Shown here in pieces: positions 9,658 through 20,115 of a DNA stretch of 64,000 bases. The notes below the pieces were generated by a model. That model saw only the letters and a program-made list of their open reading frames with translations. It had not been told where the DNA came from and did not search any database. The position numbers were made by a program, and so were the translations under genes. Position 1 is the first letter of the stretch. The number at the start of each line of letters is the position of its first letter. This stretch comes from Candidatus Eremiobacteria bacterium (GTDB lineage Bacteria; Vulcanimicrobiota; Vulcanimicrobiia; Vulcanimicrobiales; Vulcanimicrobiaceae). The stretch lies in the NCBI GenBank assembly GCA_963737065.1, contig CAVTRC010000002.1, forward strand, positions 32,001 through 96,000, written 5' to 3'.

Positions 9658-12153
9658 ATGTCAATGTGGGAACCGTTCACCGAGCGCGCGAGACGAAGCA
9701 TCGTCCTAGCTCAGGAAGAGGCGCAGCGGCTTGGGAACAACTACATCGGAACCGAGCATATCTTGCTCGGTATCATTTCCGAAGGCGAGAGTTTGGCTGC
9801 TAAAGTCCTCGAGTCGCTCGGCGTGAACCTTGCGAAAGTACGCCAAGAAGTAGAAGCGATCGTGGGCCGTGGCGGTCAGACCGTGCAACAGGAAATGGTG
9901 TTTACCCCGCGCGCGAAGCGCGTTATCGAGCTCGCCTTCGAAGAAGCCCGCCAGCTCAATCACAACTACATCGGAACGGAACATCTGCTGCTCGGCCTTA
10001 TCCGCGAGGGTGAGGGTGTGGCGGCGCGTGTGCTGACGAACCTTGGCGTCGATCCGGCGAAGGTTCGCGTGCAAACGACGTCGCTGCTCGGCGCTGAAGG
10101 ACAGCCGCCGGCACCGAAAGGCAAGAGCAAGACGCCGACGCTCGATGCATACGGCCGCGATCTCACGCAACTCGCTCGCGAGAACAAACTCGATCCGGTG
10201 ATCGGACGAAGCAACGAGATCGAGCGCGTCATCCAAATCCTCTCGCGCCGCACCAAGAACAACCCGGCGCTCATCGGTGAACCCGGCGTCGGTAAGACGG
10301 CGATCGCCGAAGGCCTTGCGCAGCGCGTGATCAAGGGCGACATTCCGGATCCGCTGCGCGATAAACGCGTCATCACGCTCGACCTGGCCGGGCTCGTCGC
10401 CGGTACGAAGTACCGCGGTGAGTTCGAAGAACGCATGAAGCGCGTGATGGACGAAATCCGCGGCGCAGCAGGCGAGATCATTCTTTTCATCGACGAGTTG
10501 CACACGCTCGTCGGAGCGGGCGCTGCCGAAGGTGCAATCGACGCAAGCAATATCATCAAACCGGCGCTTGCGCGCGGCGAACTGCAGTGCATCGGTGCGA
10601 CGACGCTCAACGAGTTCCGCAAACACATCGAGAAGGACTCGGCGTTAGAACGCCGCTTCCAGCCGGTGATGGTCGGCGAACCGTCGGTCGACGAAACGGT
10701 CGAGATCCTCATGGGATTGCGCGATCGTTATGAAGCGCACCATAAAGTGCAAATCACCGACGCCGCACTTGCCGCGGCCGCGAAGTTATCCGATCGCTAT
10801 ATCACCGATCGGTTCTTGCCGGACAAAGCCGTCGACTTGATCGATGAAGCAAGTTCTCGCGTACGTTTGCAAGCGACGCTGCCGCCGCAATCGATTCGCG
10901 ACATCGACGCGCAATTGCGCAAGGTGATCGCCGAAAAAGAGTCGGTCGTGAAAAATCAGGAGTTCGAAAAAGCGGCGTCGGTCCGCGACCGTGAGGAAAA
11001 GCTGCGACTGGAGAAATCGAAGCTCGAAGAAGAATGGCAGCAGAAGAAGGCCCAAACCGCCGATAAGATGCTGCAGGTCACGGAAGACAATGTTGCCGAG
11101 ATCGTATCAGCGTGGACCAAGATCCCGGTCAGCCGTCTAGCGCAAGCGGAGACCGAGAAGCTGCTCAACATGGGCAACCAACTGCACGAGCGCGTCGTCG
11201 GTCAAGAAGAAGCGATCAACGTCATCACGCGCGCTATCCGCCGTTCGCGCGCGGGCCTAAAGAATCCGAATCGCCCCATCGGCTCGTTCCTCTTCCTCGG
11301 TCCGACCGGCGTTGGTAAAACCGAAGTCGCGCGCAGCGTCGCGGAGTTCATGTTTGACGACGAAGAGTCGATGATTCGCATCGACATGTCGGAGTACATG
11401 GAGAAGTACTCGGTGTCGCGTCTGGTCGGCGCGCCTCCGGGATACGTCGGGTACGAAGAAGGCGGTCAACTCACCGAAGCGGTGCGCCGCCGTCCTTACT
11501 CCGTCGTGCTGCTCGACGAAATTGAAAAGGCGCATCCGGACGTCTTCAACTTGCTGCTGCAAGTCCTCGACGACGGACGCTTGACCGATTCGCAAGGCCG
11601 TCAGGTCGACTTCAAAAACTGCGTCATCGTGATGACCTCGAATGTCGGAGCGACCGGCATGCAAACGACGACCGACATCGGCTTCCGCCCGTCGAAAGGC
11701 TCAGAAGACGACGAGGCTAAGGGCTACGAGCGGATGAAGAACAAAGTGCTCGAGGAGATCAAGCACACGTTCCGGCCGGAGTTTTTGAACCGCATCGACG
11801 AAGTCGTCGTCTTCCACCAGCTTACGAGGGAACAGATCGAACAAATCGTTGGTCTGGAGCTCGAGAAGGTGCTGCGCGAAGTGAAGGCTCAGGAGATGAA
11901 TCTCAAGGTAACGGAAGCTGCCAAAGCGCTGCTTGCAAAGAAAGGCTGGGACCCGCAGTTCGGTGCGCGTCCACTGCGTCGCGCGATTCAGCGCAATGTT
12001 GAGGACGAGCTCGCGGAGGAAATGTTGAAGGGCACGTTCACTGCCGGCGATCACATCTTCGCCGACGTCGACGAGACTGATTCCGAGAAGCTGAAGTTCT
12101 CAAAGATACCGTCGGTCGAACCGCCCGCGCCACCGCAACCGGCGCACGCATAG
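9658..12153 (+). CDS. clpC: ATP-dependent Clp protease ATP-binding subunit ClpC
   Basis: Double Clp-N repeat, Walker A GEPGVGKT and [11 protein letters not shown]-like middle domain, IGF ClpP-docking loop; GGAGG upstream. Confidence 0.96.
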   Translation: MSMWEPFTERARRSIVLAQEEAQRLGNNYIGTEHILLGIISEGESLAAKVLESLGVNLAKVRQEVEAIVGRGGQTVQQEMVFTPRAKRVIELAFEEARQLNHNYIGTEHLLLGLIREGEGVAARVLTNLGVDPAKVRVQTTSLLGAEGQPPAPKGKSKTPTLDAYGRDLTQLARENKLDPVIGRSNEIERVIQILSRRTKNNPALIGEPGVGKTAIAEGLAQRVIKGDIPDPLRDKRVITLDLAGLVAGTKYRGEFEERMKRVMDEIRGAAGEIILFIDELHTLVGAGAAEGAIDASNIIKPALARGELQCIGATTLNEFRKHIEKDSALERRFQPVMVGEPSVDETVEILMGLRDRYEAHHKVQITDAALAAAAKLSDRYITDRFLPDKAVDLIDEASSRVRLQATLPPQSIRDIDAQLRKVIAEKESVVKNQEFEKAASVRDREEKLRLEKSKLEEEWQQKKAQTADKMLQVTEDNVAEIVSAWTKIPVSRLAQAETEKLLNMGNQLHERVVGQEEAINVITRAIRRSRAGLKNPNRPIGSFLFLGPTGVGKTEVARSVAEFMFDDEESMIRIDMSEYMEKYSVSRLVGAPPGYVGYEEGGQLTEAVRRRPYSVVLLDEIEKAHPDVFNLLLQVLDDGRLTDSQGRQVDFKNCVIVMTSNVGATGMQTTTDIGFRPSKGSEDDEAKGYERMKNKVLEEIKHTFRPEFLNRIDEVVVFHQLTREQIEQIVGLELEKVLREVKAQEMNLKVTEAAKALLAKKGWDPQFGARPLRRAIQRNVEDELAEEMLKGTFTAGDHIFADVDETDSEKLKFSKIPSVEPPAPPQPAHA

Positions 12154-12164
12154 GCAGGAACCCC

Positions 12165-12195
12165 AAGACCGGACCAACGTCCGGTCTTTTTCTTT
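12165..12195 (+). terminator. Rho-independent terminator after clpC
   Basis: AAGACCGGAC-caac-GTCCGGTCTT, then TTTCTTT. Confidence 0.85.
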
Positions 12196-12270
12196 GAGCA
12201 ACGATGCGTGGCCTCGCTGTGTAGTAGGCCGTTCAAAAGATGGGTACCCTGCTTGTAGGAGGCCACGACC

Positions 12271-12594
12271 ATGCTCTTTAGATTGAAATCCCGCAACGAG
12301 CCGTGTCCCGACCAGAAAGCGACCGTCCAGCCCGAGTCACCAGAATACGATGAAGACGGACGCCGGTACGTCTTCCGCTTCCCCGCGTCCGCGCCACGGA
12401 ACTACCGCGTCGATCGCGACCGTATTTTCGACTACCTCGCCACCCACGAGGTACCGGGGCCGCGCGCGCGCCGGATACGACGCGACGTACGCAACGCAGC
12501 AAACTTCTACGAAGATATTCGCGAGATTCAAACGCACGCCGACGTCGAACCGCTCGACGAATTGAGCCAGCGTCGCTTCCGTTCCGCATCGTAA
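12271..12594 (+). CDS. Hypothetical protein (107 aa)
   Basis: AGGAGG SD upstream; fills the gap; no recognisable motif. Confidence 0.6.
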   Translation: MLFRLKSRNEPCPDQKATVQPESPEYDEDGRRYVFRFPASAPRNYRVDRDRIFDYLATHEVPGPRARRIRRDVRNAANFYEDIREIQTHADVEPLDELSQRRFRSAS

Positions 12595-12642
12595 GAGTTC
12601 GCTAGCGCGGAGATCGCTCGCAGCGTCGGGAATCTGCGTCGT

Positions 12643-14718
12643 ATGAGCGCTTCACGCTGTCTGCTCGCCGCATTGTTGTTTGTCTGCCTCGCCGCAACGC
12701 AGGCATCGTCCGCAACGCGGCAGCCGGTTCGAGCGGAAGATTTGTTCCGGCTGACGTTGATATCCGCGCCGGTGATCTCGCCGGATGGAAACAGTGTCGC
12801 ATTCGTCGTTTCGCGGATGAACGGTCCCGAAGACCGATACGATGCCAACGTCTGGCTCGTGAGCATGCGCGGCGGTTCGCCGCGAGCACTTACCTCCGAT
12901 GGTTCGTCGTCGTCGCCCGCATGGTCGGCCGACAGTTCGCGCATTGCGTTCGTGCGGACGGCACGCGATGTCCCGCAAATCTTCTCGTATAACACTCGGT
13001 CGCACGCTACGTCGCAACTGACGCATCGTCCAACGGGTGCATGGTCGCCGGTGTGGTCGCACGACGGCCAGCGCATCGCGTTCGCGTCCCTCACGGTTGA
13101 CGCGCAACCGCCGGCGCAGATTGATTTTCGCGCCGCCGGCTTTACGCCGAAACCCTCGCAGCGCACGAGCGATATCCGCGTGATCGATACGGAACGCTAT
13201 GAAGCCAACGGAGAAGGCTACGTCTATAACAAGCACCAGCATCTCTGGGTCATGAACGCGGACGGCTCCGCGCCGCGCGCGTTGACGTCCGGTCATCGGT
13301 GGTCGGAAGCGCAATACGTCTGGTCGCCGGATGACTCAATGGTGGCGTTCGCATCGCTGCGCCGTGAAACGTCCCGCGCGAACGAGAGCGACGTGTACAC
13401 GATTGCATCGCGTGGCGGCGAGATGCGGCTCGTGCGCTCGCCCGACGTTGCAAACGTGCAGCCTGCATATGGCAACCGCGGCAAGCGCGTCTATTTCTTC
13501 AGCGGTAATGTCGATGACAGCGCGGAATATCCGGCGCTCGTCTCGGCCGATCCCGACGGTTCGCACAGGACCGTCGTCGTAAAAAAGAACGCGTACCAAT
13601 GGGGCGATTGGGTTCTGGCCGATCTCAAAATGCCGGGCATGATTTGCGGGCCGCTCTTTACGCCCGGCGATCGCACGATCGTTACCGACGTTTCAATGGC
13701 GGGAAGCACGCGACTCGCCGCAGTTGAGCGTTCGACCGGGAACGTAACAATGCTCACGGGCGGCGATAGTGCGATCGCCGACTGTTCGATGAGCCGCGAC
13801 GGTCGGTGGGTCGCGTATACGAAAGCCGATTTTACGCATCCGGCGGAAGTATATGTGCGCGACATGCACAATGGAACCGAACGCGCGTTGACGGCACTCA
13901 ATCGATCGTATCTCAACGGCGTTATGCTATCGCAACCGCAGCGCTTCACGATTCACGATGCCGGCGGTTTCAACGTCGATGCGTGGTTCATGCCGGCCGT
14001 CGGTCCGCATGCGGTCGGGAAACGTCCGACGATTCTCGATATTCATGGCGGTCCGCAAGCTGAATTCGGCGCGACGTTCTTTCACGAACTGCAGTATTGG
14101 ACGGGACGGGGCTACAACGTCGTGTTCATTAATCCAGAAGGCAGCATTGGTTACGGACACGCGTTTGAAGCGGCGCTCGAAGGCAATTGGGGACCTCCGA
14201 TGTTCGACGACATCATGCGCGGGATGGATCAGGTCGCAAAGCGTCCGAACGTCGACCCGTCGCGCTTCGGCGTCATCGGCGGAAGCTACGGCGGCTATGC
14301 AACGCTCTGGGTCATCGCGCATACGAACCGTTTCAAAGCCGCGATCTCCGAGCGACCGGCGAGCGATCTCGCAACAGAATCGCTTGACGCGTTCTTCGCG
14401 AGTTCGAATGGACTCGGCGGCCAATACGCGTGGGGGAAACCGTGGAATTCATCCAGCAAAAACTTCACCGATTCCCCGCTTACGTACGTCGAGAACGTGC
14501 ACACGCCGCTGATGGTGCTGCACTCGACGCAAGATACGGAAACGCCGGTGGATCAGACGCTTGACGAATTCTCAGCGCTCAAGCAGCTTGGTCGAACCGT
14601 TCGCTTCGTTGAAGTACCGGGCGAAAATCACGATCTCAATCGGACGGGAACGCCGATCCACCGCATCGAGCGTCTTCATATTCTTGCATCGTGGTTCGAC
14701 CGGTATCTCTCGCCGTAA
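12643..14718 (+). CDS. Secreted S9-family peptidase (beta-propeller + alpha/beta hydrolase)
   Basis: Signal peptide, WS-x-D repeats, IHGGP, GGSYGG nucleophile, C-terminal D and H (GENH). Confidence 0.92.
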   Translation: MSASRCLLAALLFVCLAATQASSATRQPVRAEDLFRLTLISAPVISPDGNSVAFVVSRMNGPEDRYDANVWLVSMRGGSPRALTSDGSSSSPAWSADSSRIAFVRTARDVPQIFSYNTRSHATSQLTHRPTGAWSPVWSHDGQRIAFASLTVDAQPPAQIDFRAAGFTPKPSQRTSDIRVIDTERYEANGEGYVYNKHQHLWVMNADGSAPRALTSGHRWSEAQYVWSPDDSMVAFASLRRETSRANESDVYTIASRGGEMRLVRSPDVANVQPAYGNRGKRVYFFSGNVDDSAEYPALVSADPDGSHRTVVVKKNAYQWGDWVLADLKMPGMICGPLFTPGDRTIVTDVSMAGSTRLAAVERSTGNVTMLTGGDSAIADCSMSRDGRWVAYTKADFTHPAEVYVRDMHNGTERALTALNRSYLNGVMLSQPQRFTIHDAGGFNVDAWFMPAVGPHAVGKRPTILDIHGGPQAEFGATFFHELQYWTGRGYNVVFINPEGSIGYGHAFEAALEGNWGPPMFDDIMRGMDQVAKRPNVDPSRFGVIGGSYGGYATLWVIAHTNRFKAAISERPASDLATESLDAFFASSNGLGGQYAWGKPWNSSSKNFTDSPLTYVENVHTPLMVLHSTQDTETPVDQTLDEFSALKQLGRTVRFVEVPGENHDLNRTGTPIHRIERLHILASWFDRYLSP

Positions 14719-14777
14719 TGTGAAGCCCACATGGTCCGTCTGTCGCCCGCTCGGGTGAAGGCGTGGAGGAGTATTGC

Positions 14778-15233
14778 TCAGGCAGGCCGCGTTTGCATCA
14801 TGATGTTTGCGATTTGCGACATCACGACTATGCCGCTTTGATTGATCGTGTGCAATCGAACCCGCATCGTGCCGCGCTCGTTCTTTCCCGGCCACGGAAG
14901 TTTTTCGATCACTTCGCCACGCACGTGCAGTGTGTCGCCGGGAACGACCGGCGCCAGCCAACGGAGGTCGTCGATGCCCGTACCGATCACACCGGTCGCG
15001 CGCAGCACGCCGGATGAGACGACCAAGCGCATCGTGATCGCGGCCGTGTGCCAGCCGCTCGCGACCAACTCATGGAACGGGCTCGCGGCGGCTGCTTGCG
15101 CATCCAAATGGAACGGTTGCGGATCGTAGAGATGCGCGAAGGCAAGCGATTCTTTTTCCGAGAGTGTGAACGGCTCGGTTTCGAACGTATCGCCCAGGAT
15201 AAATTCGTCGAAATACCGCTCGGGATATTTCAC
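14778..15233 (-). CDS. MaoC-family dehydratase
   Basis: YDPQPFHLD, ASGWHT, LRWLAPVVPGDTL. Confidence 0.88.
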   Translation of the reverse strand: MKYPERYFDEFILGDTFETEPFTLSEKESLAFAHLYDPQPFHLDAQAAAASPFHELVASGWHTAAITMRLVVSSGVLRATGVIGTGIDDLRWLAPVVPGDTLHVRGEVIEKLPWPGKNERGTMRVRLHTINQSGIVVMSQIANIMMQTRPA

Positions 15234-15925
15234 GGTCGGACGTCGATCTCGACGAACGATTCCACTGATGTGTGCGCGGAGGCGGGAACGGTTCCATCTT
15301 CGGGGCGCGCCAGCTGCACGGTTTGCACTCCCGCATCACGAGCCGCATCGAGCTCCGCGATAGTATCGGAGAAGAAGACGACGTCGTTCGACGCGACTCC
15401 AACGTCCTTGACGATGCGCTCGTACGACGACGCTTCACGTTTTCCGCCGATCGTCGTGTCATAAAATCCCGAGAAGAGCGGCAGCAGATCGCCGGCGACG
15501 CTGTGTCCGAAAAGGAGCTTCTGCGCGGCAACGGATCCCGACGAATAGACGTACATGCGAACGCCCGCGTCGTGAAAACGGTTGATCGCGTCGATTGCGT
15601 CTTGATAGAGATGGCCGCGAATGCCGCTGGATTCGAATCCTTCGACCCAAATATGCCCCTGTAGTTCTTTGAGCGGCGTGACTTTGATATCGTTATCGCT
15701 CCACGTGTGGAGCGCGCGAAGAATCGCCGCTAGATCGTGAACGTCGACGGACGCTACACGGGCCGCTTCGTCGAGAATCGCGCGCATCCACGGCTCTTCC
15801 GCGTGCGCGTGGACGTATGCGTTCATCCGCGACTTTGCATACGGAAACAAAACGTCGCGCACGAACGCAATCGAGCCGACCGTTCCCTCGATGTCGATCA
15901 GGGCGGCTGCAGCGCGAAAATGCAC
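15230..15925 (-). CDS. mtnC: Enolase-phosphatase E1 (acireductone synthase)
   Basis: DIEGT, FVRDVLFPYA, LKELQGHIW, YSSGSVAAQKLLF, FSD. Confidence 0.93.
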   Translation of the reverse strand: MHFRAAAALIDIEGTVGSIAFVRDVLFPYAKSRMNAYVHAHAEEPWMRAILDEAARVASVDVHDLAAILRALHTWSDNDIKVTPLKELQGHIWVEGFESSGIRGHLYQDAIDAINRFHDAGVRMYVYSSGSVAAQKLLFGHSVAGDLLPLFSGFYDTTIGGKREASSYERIVKDVGVASNDVVFFSDTIAELDAARDAGVQTVQLARPEDGTVPASAHTSVESFVEIDVRP

Positions 15926-15935
15926 GCGAGGAACT

Positions 15936-16493
15936 CTAGTCGAGCTTCGGAAAACCGCTCGCGATTGCGTCGCCCGTGAAGTTGGCCACCCAGCCTTCCG
16001 GATTCACGAAGAGCCGGATCGCTGTGAACTCGGGATCGCAGCCCATGTCGAACCAATGCTTCGTTCCGGCCGGAACGCTGATGAGATCGCCTTTCACGCA
16101 AATCGTTTGATAGACGCGGTCGCCGGCATGAAGATAAAACGCGCCCCGGCCGTCGACAAAAAAGCGCACTTCGTCCTCGGAGTGCTGGTGTTCGTCAAGA
16201 AACTTCTTGCGCATCGGTTCGGTGTTCGGCGTGCCGCGCTCCAATCGAATCACGTCGACCGATTGGTACCCGCACTCATCGATGAGTCTATCGATCGACG
16301 AGCGATACGCAGCGATCACCGTATGTTGATCCGCGCCGGCGGGAAGATCTGCATCGGCTGCCCAGCGCTCGAAGCGCACGCCGATCTTCGCGAGCTCCGA
16401 CGCGATGCGTTCGCCGTCGCCGGTTTCGAGCACGGGCGCGGACGGACTGCCGTCGTCGTAGACACGTAACGTTGAGGTCGCGATTGCGGTCAT
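15936..16493 (-). CDS. mtnD: Acireductone dioxygenase
   Basis: KFLDEHQHSEDEVRFF, VPAGTKHWFD, AIRLF; ATG 16493 overlaps the mtnB stop. Confidence 0.93.
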   Translation of the reverse strand: MTAIATSTLRVYDDGSPSAPVLETGDGERIASELAKIGVRFERWAADADLPAGADQHTVIAAYRSSIDRLIDECGYQSVDVIRLERGTPNTEPMRKKFLDEHQHSEDEVRFFVDGRGAFYLHAGDRVYQTICVKGDLISVPAGTKHWFDMGCDPEFTAIRLFVNPEGWVANFTGDAIASGFPKLD

Positions 16494-17110
16494 GTGATTC
16501 TCCGTTCTTCCAGAGAGCACTGAAGCAGAAACTCTAGGCCTTCCAAGTGGCGGCGCGCGTCGTCCATCGTCGCACCCCACGCATATAACCCATGTCCCGC
16601 GAGCAGGTATCCAGGCACGCGTGGAACGGACTCGAGCGCTGCTTCGATGCGTGAAGCAAGCGCAACTGTATCTTGGTCGTTTGCAAAGATCGGTAGCCGT
16701 AGCGAGCTTTCGTGCGTCGTGATCCCTTCCAGCGATTTATGCATTTCGAACCCACGGAGCGCAACCGCGCCGTTCGCCGCATCGACGCGTGACAGTACCG
16801 TCGCCGCGACGGAATGGATGTGCGCGATGGCGCCCGTGTTCGGATCCGCGGCGTAGCGCGCAACGTGGAGCGGTGTTTCCGCGGAAACGCCGGGCGGTAA
16901 TGGTGCGTTGAGGTCGACCACGATGAGATCGTCAGGGCCGATGTTTCCTTTGTCGATACCCGAGCGCGTGATCGCGATCCGCGACATAGCGATGCGGCGC
17001 GAGAAGTTGCCGCTCGTGGCGGGAACCCAGCCGCGCGAAGCGGCGAAACGTCCAATCGCGGCGATATCGGATGCGACGGACTCCGGAACCGTCGGAAGGT
17101 GCATCGTCAT
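16490..17110 (-). CDS. mtnB: Methylthioribulose-1-phosphate dehydratase
   Basis: GWVPATSGNFS, SAETPLH, HIHS, GHGLYAWG. Confidence 0.92.
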   Translation of the reverse strand: MTMHLPTVPESVASDIAAIGRFAASRGWVPATSGNFSRRIAMSRIAITRSGIDKGNIGPDDLIVVDLNAPLPPGVSAETPLHVARYAADPNTGAIAHIHSVAATVLSRVDAANGAVALRGFEMHKSLEGITTHESSLRLPIFANDQDTVALASRIEAALESVPRVPGYLLAGHGLYAWGATMDDARRHLEGLEFLLQCSLEERRIT

Positions 17111-17133
17111 CCGCAACACCATACCATAGCCCG

Positions 17134-18762
17134 ATGCTCAACGTCCTGGTGGCCGTGTTGCTCGCACAAGGTACAGCTTCGCCCTCGCCGCCGCTCAGTG
17201 CGACCCCAACGCCGAATCCGTTGGCATCGCCTTCAGCATCACCGCTTCCGGCGGCAGGCCTCCAAGCGTCGCCCGCATCGCTCGCGATTCATCCCGGCGG
17301 AACGGCGACGCTGCGTATCATCAACGCGGCGGGCGCACTGACTGCGACCGCGGGTCCGCTCGTCGCCGTCGCCGTGAATCAGGCGGAGAAAACGCTATCG
17401 GTCAGCGCAGCGGGACAACTCGGACGTGACACGATTCACGTCACCGATCAAACGGGTGCGGCAGTCGACATTCCCGTGCTCGTTGCGCAAGACGCCGGCA
17501 GCGTGCCGAGCGCGGTGACGTTGAAAGTGACCGGTTCAGCGATTGATCCGGCGTGGCTCTCGACGCAAATATCCGCCGCCGTCGCGCGCAATGCGACCGT
17601 GCAGCCCGGTGCAACGCTCGCCGCACCGTCGCCGCCGATTGCACCGCCCCAGGCCGGCGCAACGACGAGCGTGCCGGTTGCCGTACAGATCAACGGAAAC
17701 GGCCAATACGTCGATGTTGCAACGACGACGAATGTCAACGTGCAAAACGTCAGCGTTGAACCGTTCGCTCCGCCGACACTCATGTACGACGACGATCCGG
17801 AGCATTTGACCGGCGACGGTGTCCTGTATCGCGGAACGGTGGACGCGAGTGCACCGTCGCGTCTGTACTATTACCATGACAATACGTTGGACACGCGGCG
17901 TCTCGTCGTCGCTCTTTCGTCCGCGGCGAACCATCCGTCCACGGTTCAGACGATCGATTCTACCGCGGGCCCGAACATCGACGTGATGAGCGTCGGCCAC
18001 GCCGTCAGCCGCGATTTCCTTTTGATGAAGCCGCGCAATGCCGGCGTCATCTACGACCTCGATCCGTCAACGGCACTGGTTCTCCACGATGTTCCGATGA
18101 GCAGCCGGCAACTCGTGGCCGGAACGATCGGCATCAATGTGCTTTCCGGCGGTCCGGTTACCGTGACCGTGCTTGCGGTTTCGCCCGGTGCCGATCCACG
18201 GACGATGCTCGCGGGGCCGTTGCTTCCGCGCGATGGGCATAATCGCGGCGGCGTCTTTGAGCTGACGAACTTCGGCACGAATTCGCTCGCGTACACCGTC
18301 GGCGGGAACGACACGTCGGTCGTGTACGGCGATCGTGATCCTACGCCACAAAATATCGACCCCTCGAGTCCCGGGCATGACTATGGCGACTACGGCGTCA
18401 TGCACACATTCTTGTTCTCGCTCGACAACCCGACGAGCGCGCCGGCCAACGTCTATCTCTATGAGCGGCCGATCGGCGGCGTCGTGCGTTCGAGCTTTCT
18501 GGTCGACGGCAGGCTCATAGAAATGGGGTGCGTGCGGGTCAATACGGCGCGGTATCAAATTGCAGCGTTCGCACTCGAGCCCGACGCGCGTTATCAGCTC
18601 AACGTGCAAACGATGACGGACGGTGGATCGAACTACCCGCTCGAGATCGGCCTGACGACAACGCCTCCCGAGCCGGCCGTGCCCGCAATCTCCGCCGCCG
18701 CCGGATGCTTCCCGAAAGCGCAGGCGGCACCATCTGCGTCATCGGCGGCAACGCGTTTTTAA
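17134..18762 (+). CDS. Secreted hypothetical protein with Pro/Ser/Thr-rich N-terminus
   Basis: Short hydrophobic leader, ASPSPP linker, beta-rich body; DDDPE..G.LY and GDYGV motifs loosely recall DUF3370-type proteins (unverified). Confidence 0.75.
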   Translation: MLNVLVAVLLAQGTASPSPPLSATPTPNPLASPSASPLPAAGLQASPASLAIHPGGTATLRIINAAGALTATAGPLVAVAVNQAEKTLSVSAAGQLGRDTIHVTDQTGAAVDIPVLVAQDAGSVPSAVTLKVTGSAIDPAWLSTQISAAVARNATVQPGATLAAPSPPIAPPQAGATTSVPVAVQINGNGQYVDVATTTNVNVQNVSVEPFAPPTLMYDDDPEHLTGDGVLYRGTVDASAPSRLYYYHDNTLDTRRLVVALSSAANHPSTVQTIDSTAGPNIDVMSVGHAVSRDFLLMKPRNAGVIYDLDPSTALVLHDVPMSSRQLVAGTIGINVLSGGPVTVTVLAVSPGADPRTMLAGPLLPRDGHNRGGVFELTNFGTNSLAYTVGGNDTSVVYGDRDPTPQNIDPSSPGHDYGDYGVMHTFLFSLDNPTSAPANVYLYERPIGGVVRSSFLVDGRLIEMGCVRVNTARYQIAAFALEPDARYQLNVQTMTDGGSNYPLEIGLTTTPPEPAVPAISAAAGCFPKAQAAPSASSAATRF

Positions 18763-18834
18763 AACTTTTTGACGGGTGCGCCGGTTTTTTGGCATAGCGG
18801 TCGCGACGCGAATGCGGTAGGCTGGTTCAAAGCC

Positions 18835-19818
18835 GTGGAACGTACGACCGAACCGAAGATCGTTTTGCTCGTCCGCCTGCTCAACGCTATTGATGAGGGG
18901 CGTCACTCCTTCGAGAGCCTGAAAGACCGGATCGCGGAAGGTGGGCGTCGTCCAAGCACGCGCAGCTTACGCCGCTATCTGGCGGTCCTCTCTGAAGCGG
19001 GCTTTCCGTGGTACTTCGACCGTACGACGAATACGTACCGATTCGCGGGCGGCTATAGTCTTAAGCGGCTCGATCTCTCGGGCGGCGAACTGTTCGGCCT
19101 CGTCGCACTCCGCTCGTTTGGCGCCTCGATCGGCGGCGCCATTGGCTCCTCGATCAACGACATCACCGACAAGCTCTTGGGCTCGACCAGTAACGGAGCA
19201 CGCGCACGCGCCGAAGCGCCTACCCCGCTCGCCTTCCGCCTTTCCGAGATCCGACTCGACGAGAACGGCGAAGCGGCGTTGCGCGTTTTTTCCGCGGCCG
19301 AGCGCGCGTCGCGCAGCGTCGAGTTCGTCTATCAAGACAAAGAACGAAAGCGCAGTACGCGTGTTGCCGATCCGTACGGATTCATCGTGAGCACGGGGCG
19401 CATATATTGCGTTGCATACGACCATGCGCGTCGGGACAAACGCGTCTTCGCCGTAGACAATGTAAGCCAACCGCGCATGCTCGCGCGGACTTTCGTAAAG
19501 CCGGAAGACTTTGACGTTGAAGCGTACGCGGCTGCGTCGATCAGCGGCGTGATGCACGGCGACGACACAACGGCCGTGCGCGTATATTTCGCGCCTCGCG
19601 TTGCGAAAGCGGCGATTGCGGCGCGGGTCGTCGCGGAACGGCAAATAACACGCAACGATGATGGGTCGGCGCATATCGAATACCGCGTCGCGGACGTCGA
19701 CGAACTCGTACGCTGGGTTCTCGGCTGGGGATCGCAAGCCGAAATCGTCGAACCCGCTCCCGTCCGCGATCGCATCTCCGTATTAGCCCACGAAATCACC
19801 GCAAAATACGGCACATAA
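18835..19818 (+). CDS. HTH-WYL-WCX transcriptional regulator
   Basis: N-terminal wHTH (STRSLRRYLAVL), RVADPYG..IYCVAYDHARRDKRVFAVD, WVLGWGSQAEIVEP; start GTG 18835 or TTG 18769. Confidence 0.9.
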   Translation: MERTTEPKIVLLVRLLNAIDEGRHSFESLKDRIAEGGRRPSTRSLRRYLAVLSEAGFPWYFDRTTNTYRFAGGYSLKRLDLSGGELFGLVALRSFGASIGGAIGSSINDITDKLLGSTSNGARARAEAPTPLAFRLSEIRLDENGEAALRVFSAAERASRSVEFVYQDKERKRSTRVADPYGFIVSTGRIYCVAYDHARRDKRVFAVDNVSQPRMLARTFVKPEDFDVEAYAAASISGVMHGDDTTAVRVYFAPRVAKAAIAARVVAERQITRNDDGSAHIEYRVADVDELVRWVLGWGSQAEIVEPAPVRDRISVLAHEITAKYGT

Positions 19819-19852
19819 CCAACGTACGAGGTCGCATAGGTTTTTGCGGGTG

Positions 19853-19888
19853 CAAAAACAAAATCAGCGGGTGCGAGCCCCGCTGATT
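19853..19888 (-). terminator. Intrinsic terminator, minus strand
   Basis: 10-bp perfect stem (19862-71/19879-88), running into TTTTGTTTTT on the minus strand. Confidence 0.8.
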
Positions 19889-20056
19889 CAGACGTATTCG
19901 CTCACCAAACTCGCCTGTCTGACTCTCGGGTGGGAGAGCCTTACTGACTCGAGTGGCGGTTCGATCGGGACCGCTCAAGGCTGCCAGCGCAGCCATTACG
20001 AGCGGATAACTCGATCGCGACCGATACGCGCGTCGCGCTCCGGCGCGAGCCGAAGT
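19853..20056 (-). ncRNA. Candidate structured small RNA (~200 nt), family unassigned
   Basis: Bracketed by a sigma70-like promoter and an intrinsic terminator; at least six stem-loops; no contained ORF. Confidence 0.6.
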
Positions 20057-20062
20057 GAACGC

Positions 20063-20091
20063 ATCGTAGCACCGGACGTGAAGCGCTTCAA
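20063..20091 (-). promoter_or_regulatory. Sigma70-type promoter of the candidate ncRNA
   Basis: TTGAAG - 17 bp - TACGAT, with extended -10 TG. Confidence 0.65.
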
Positions 20092-20115
20092 GACGTTCGT
20101 GCGTTCGCACACACC

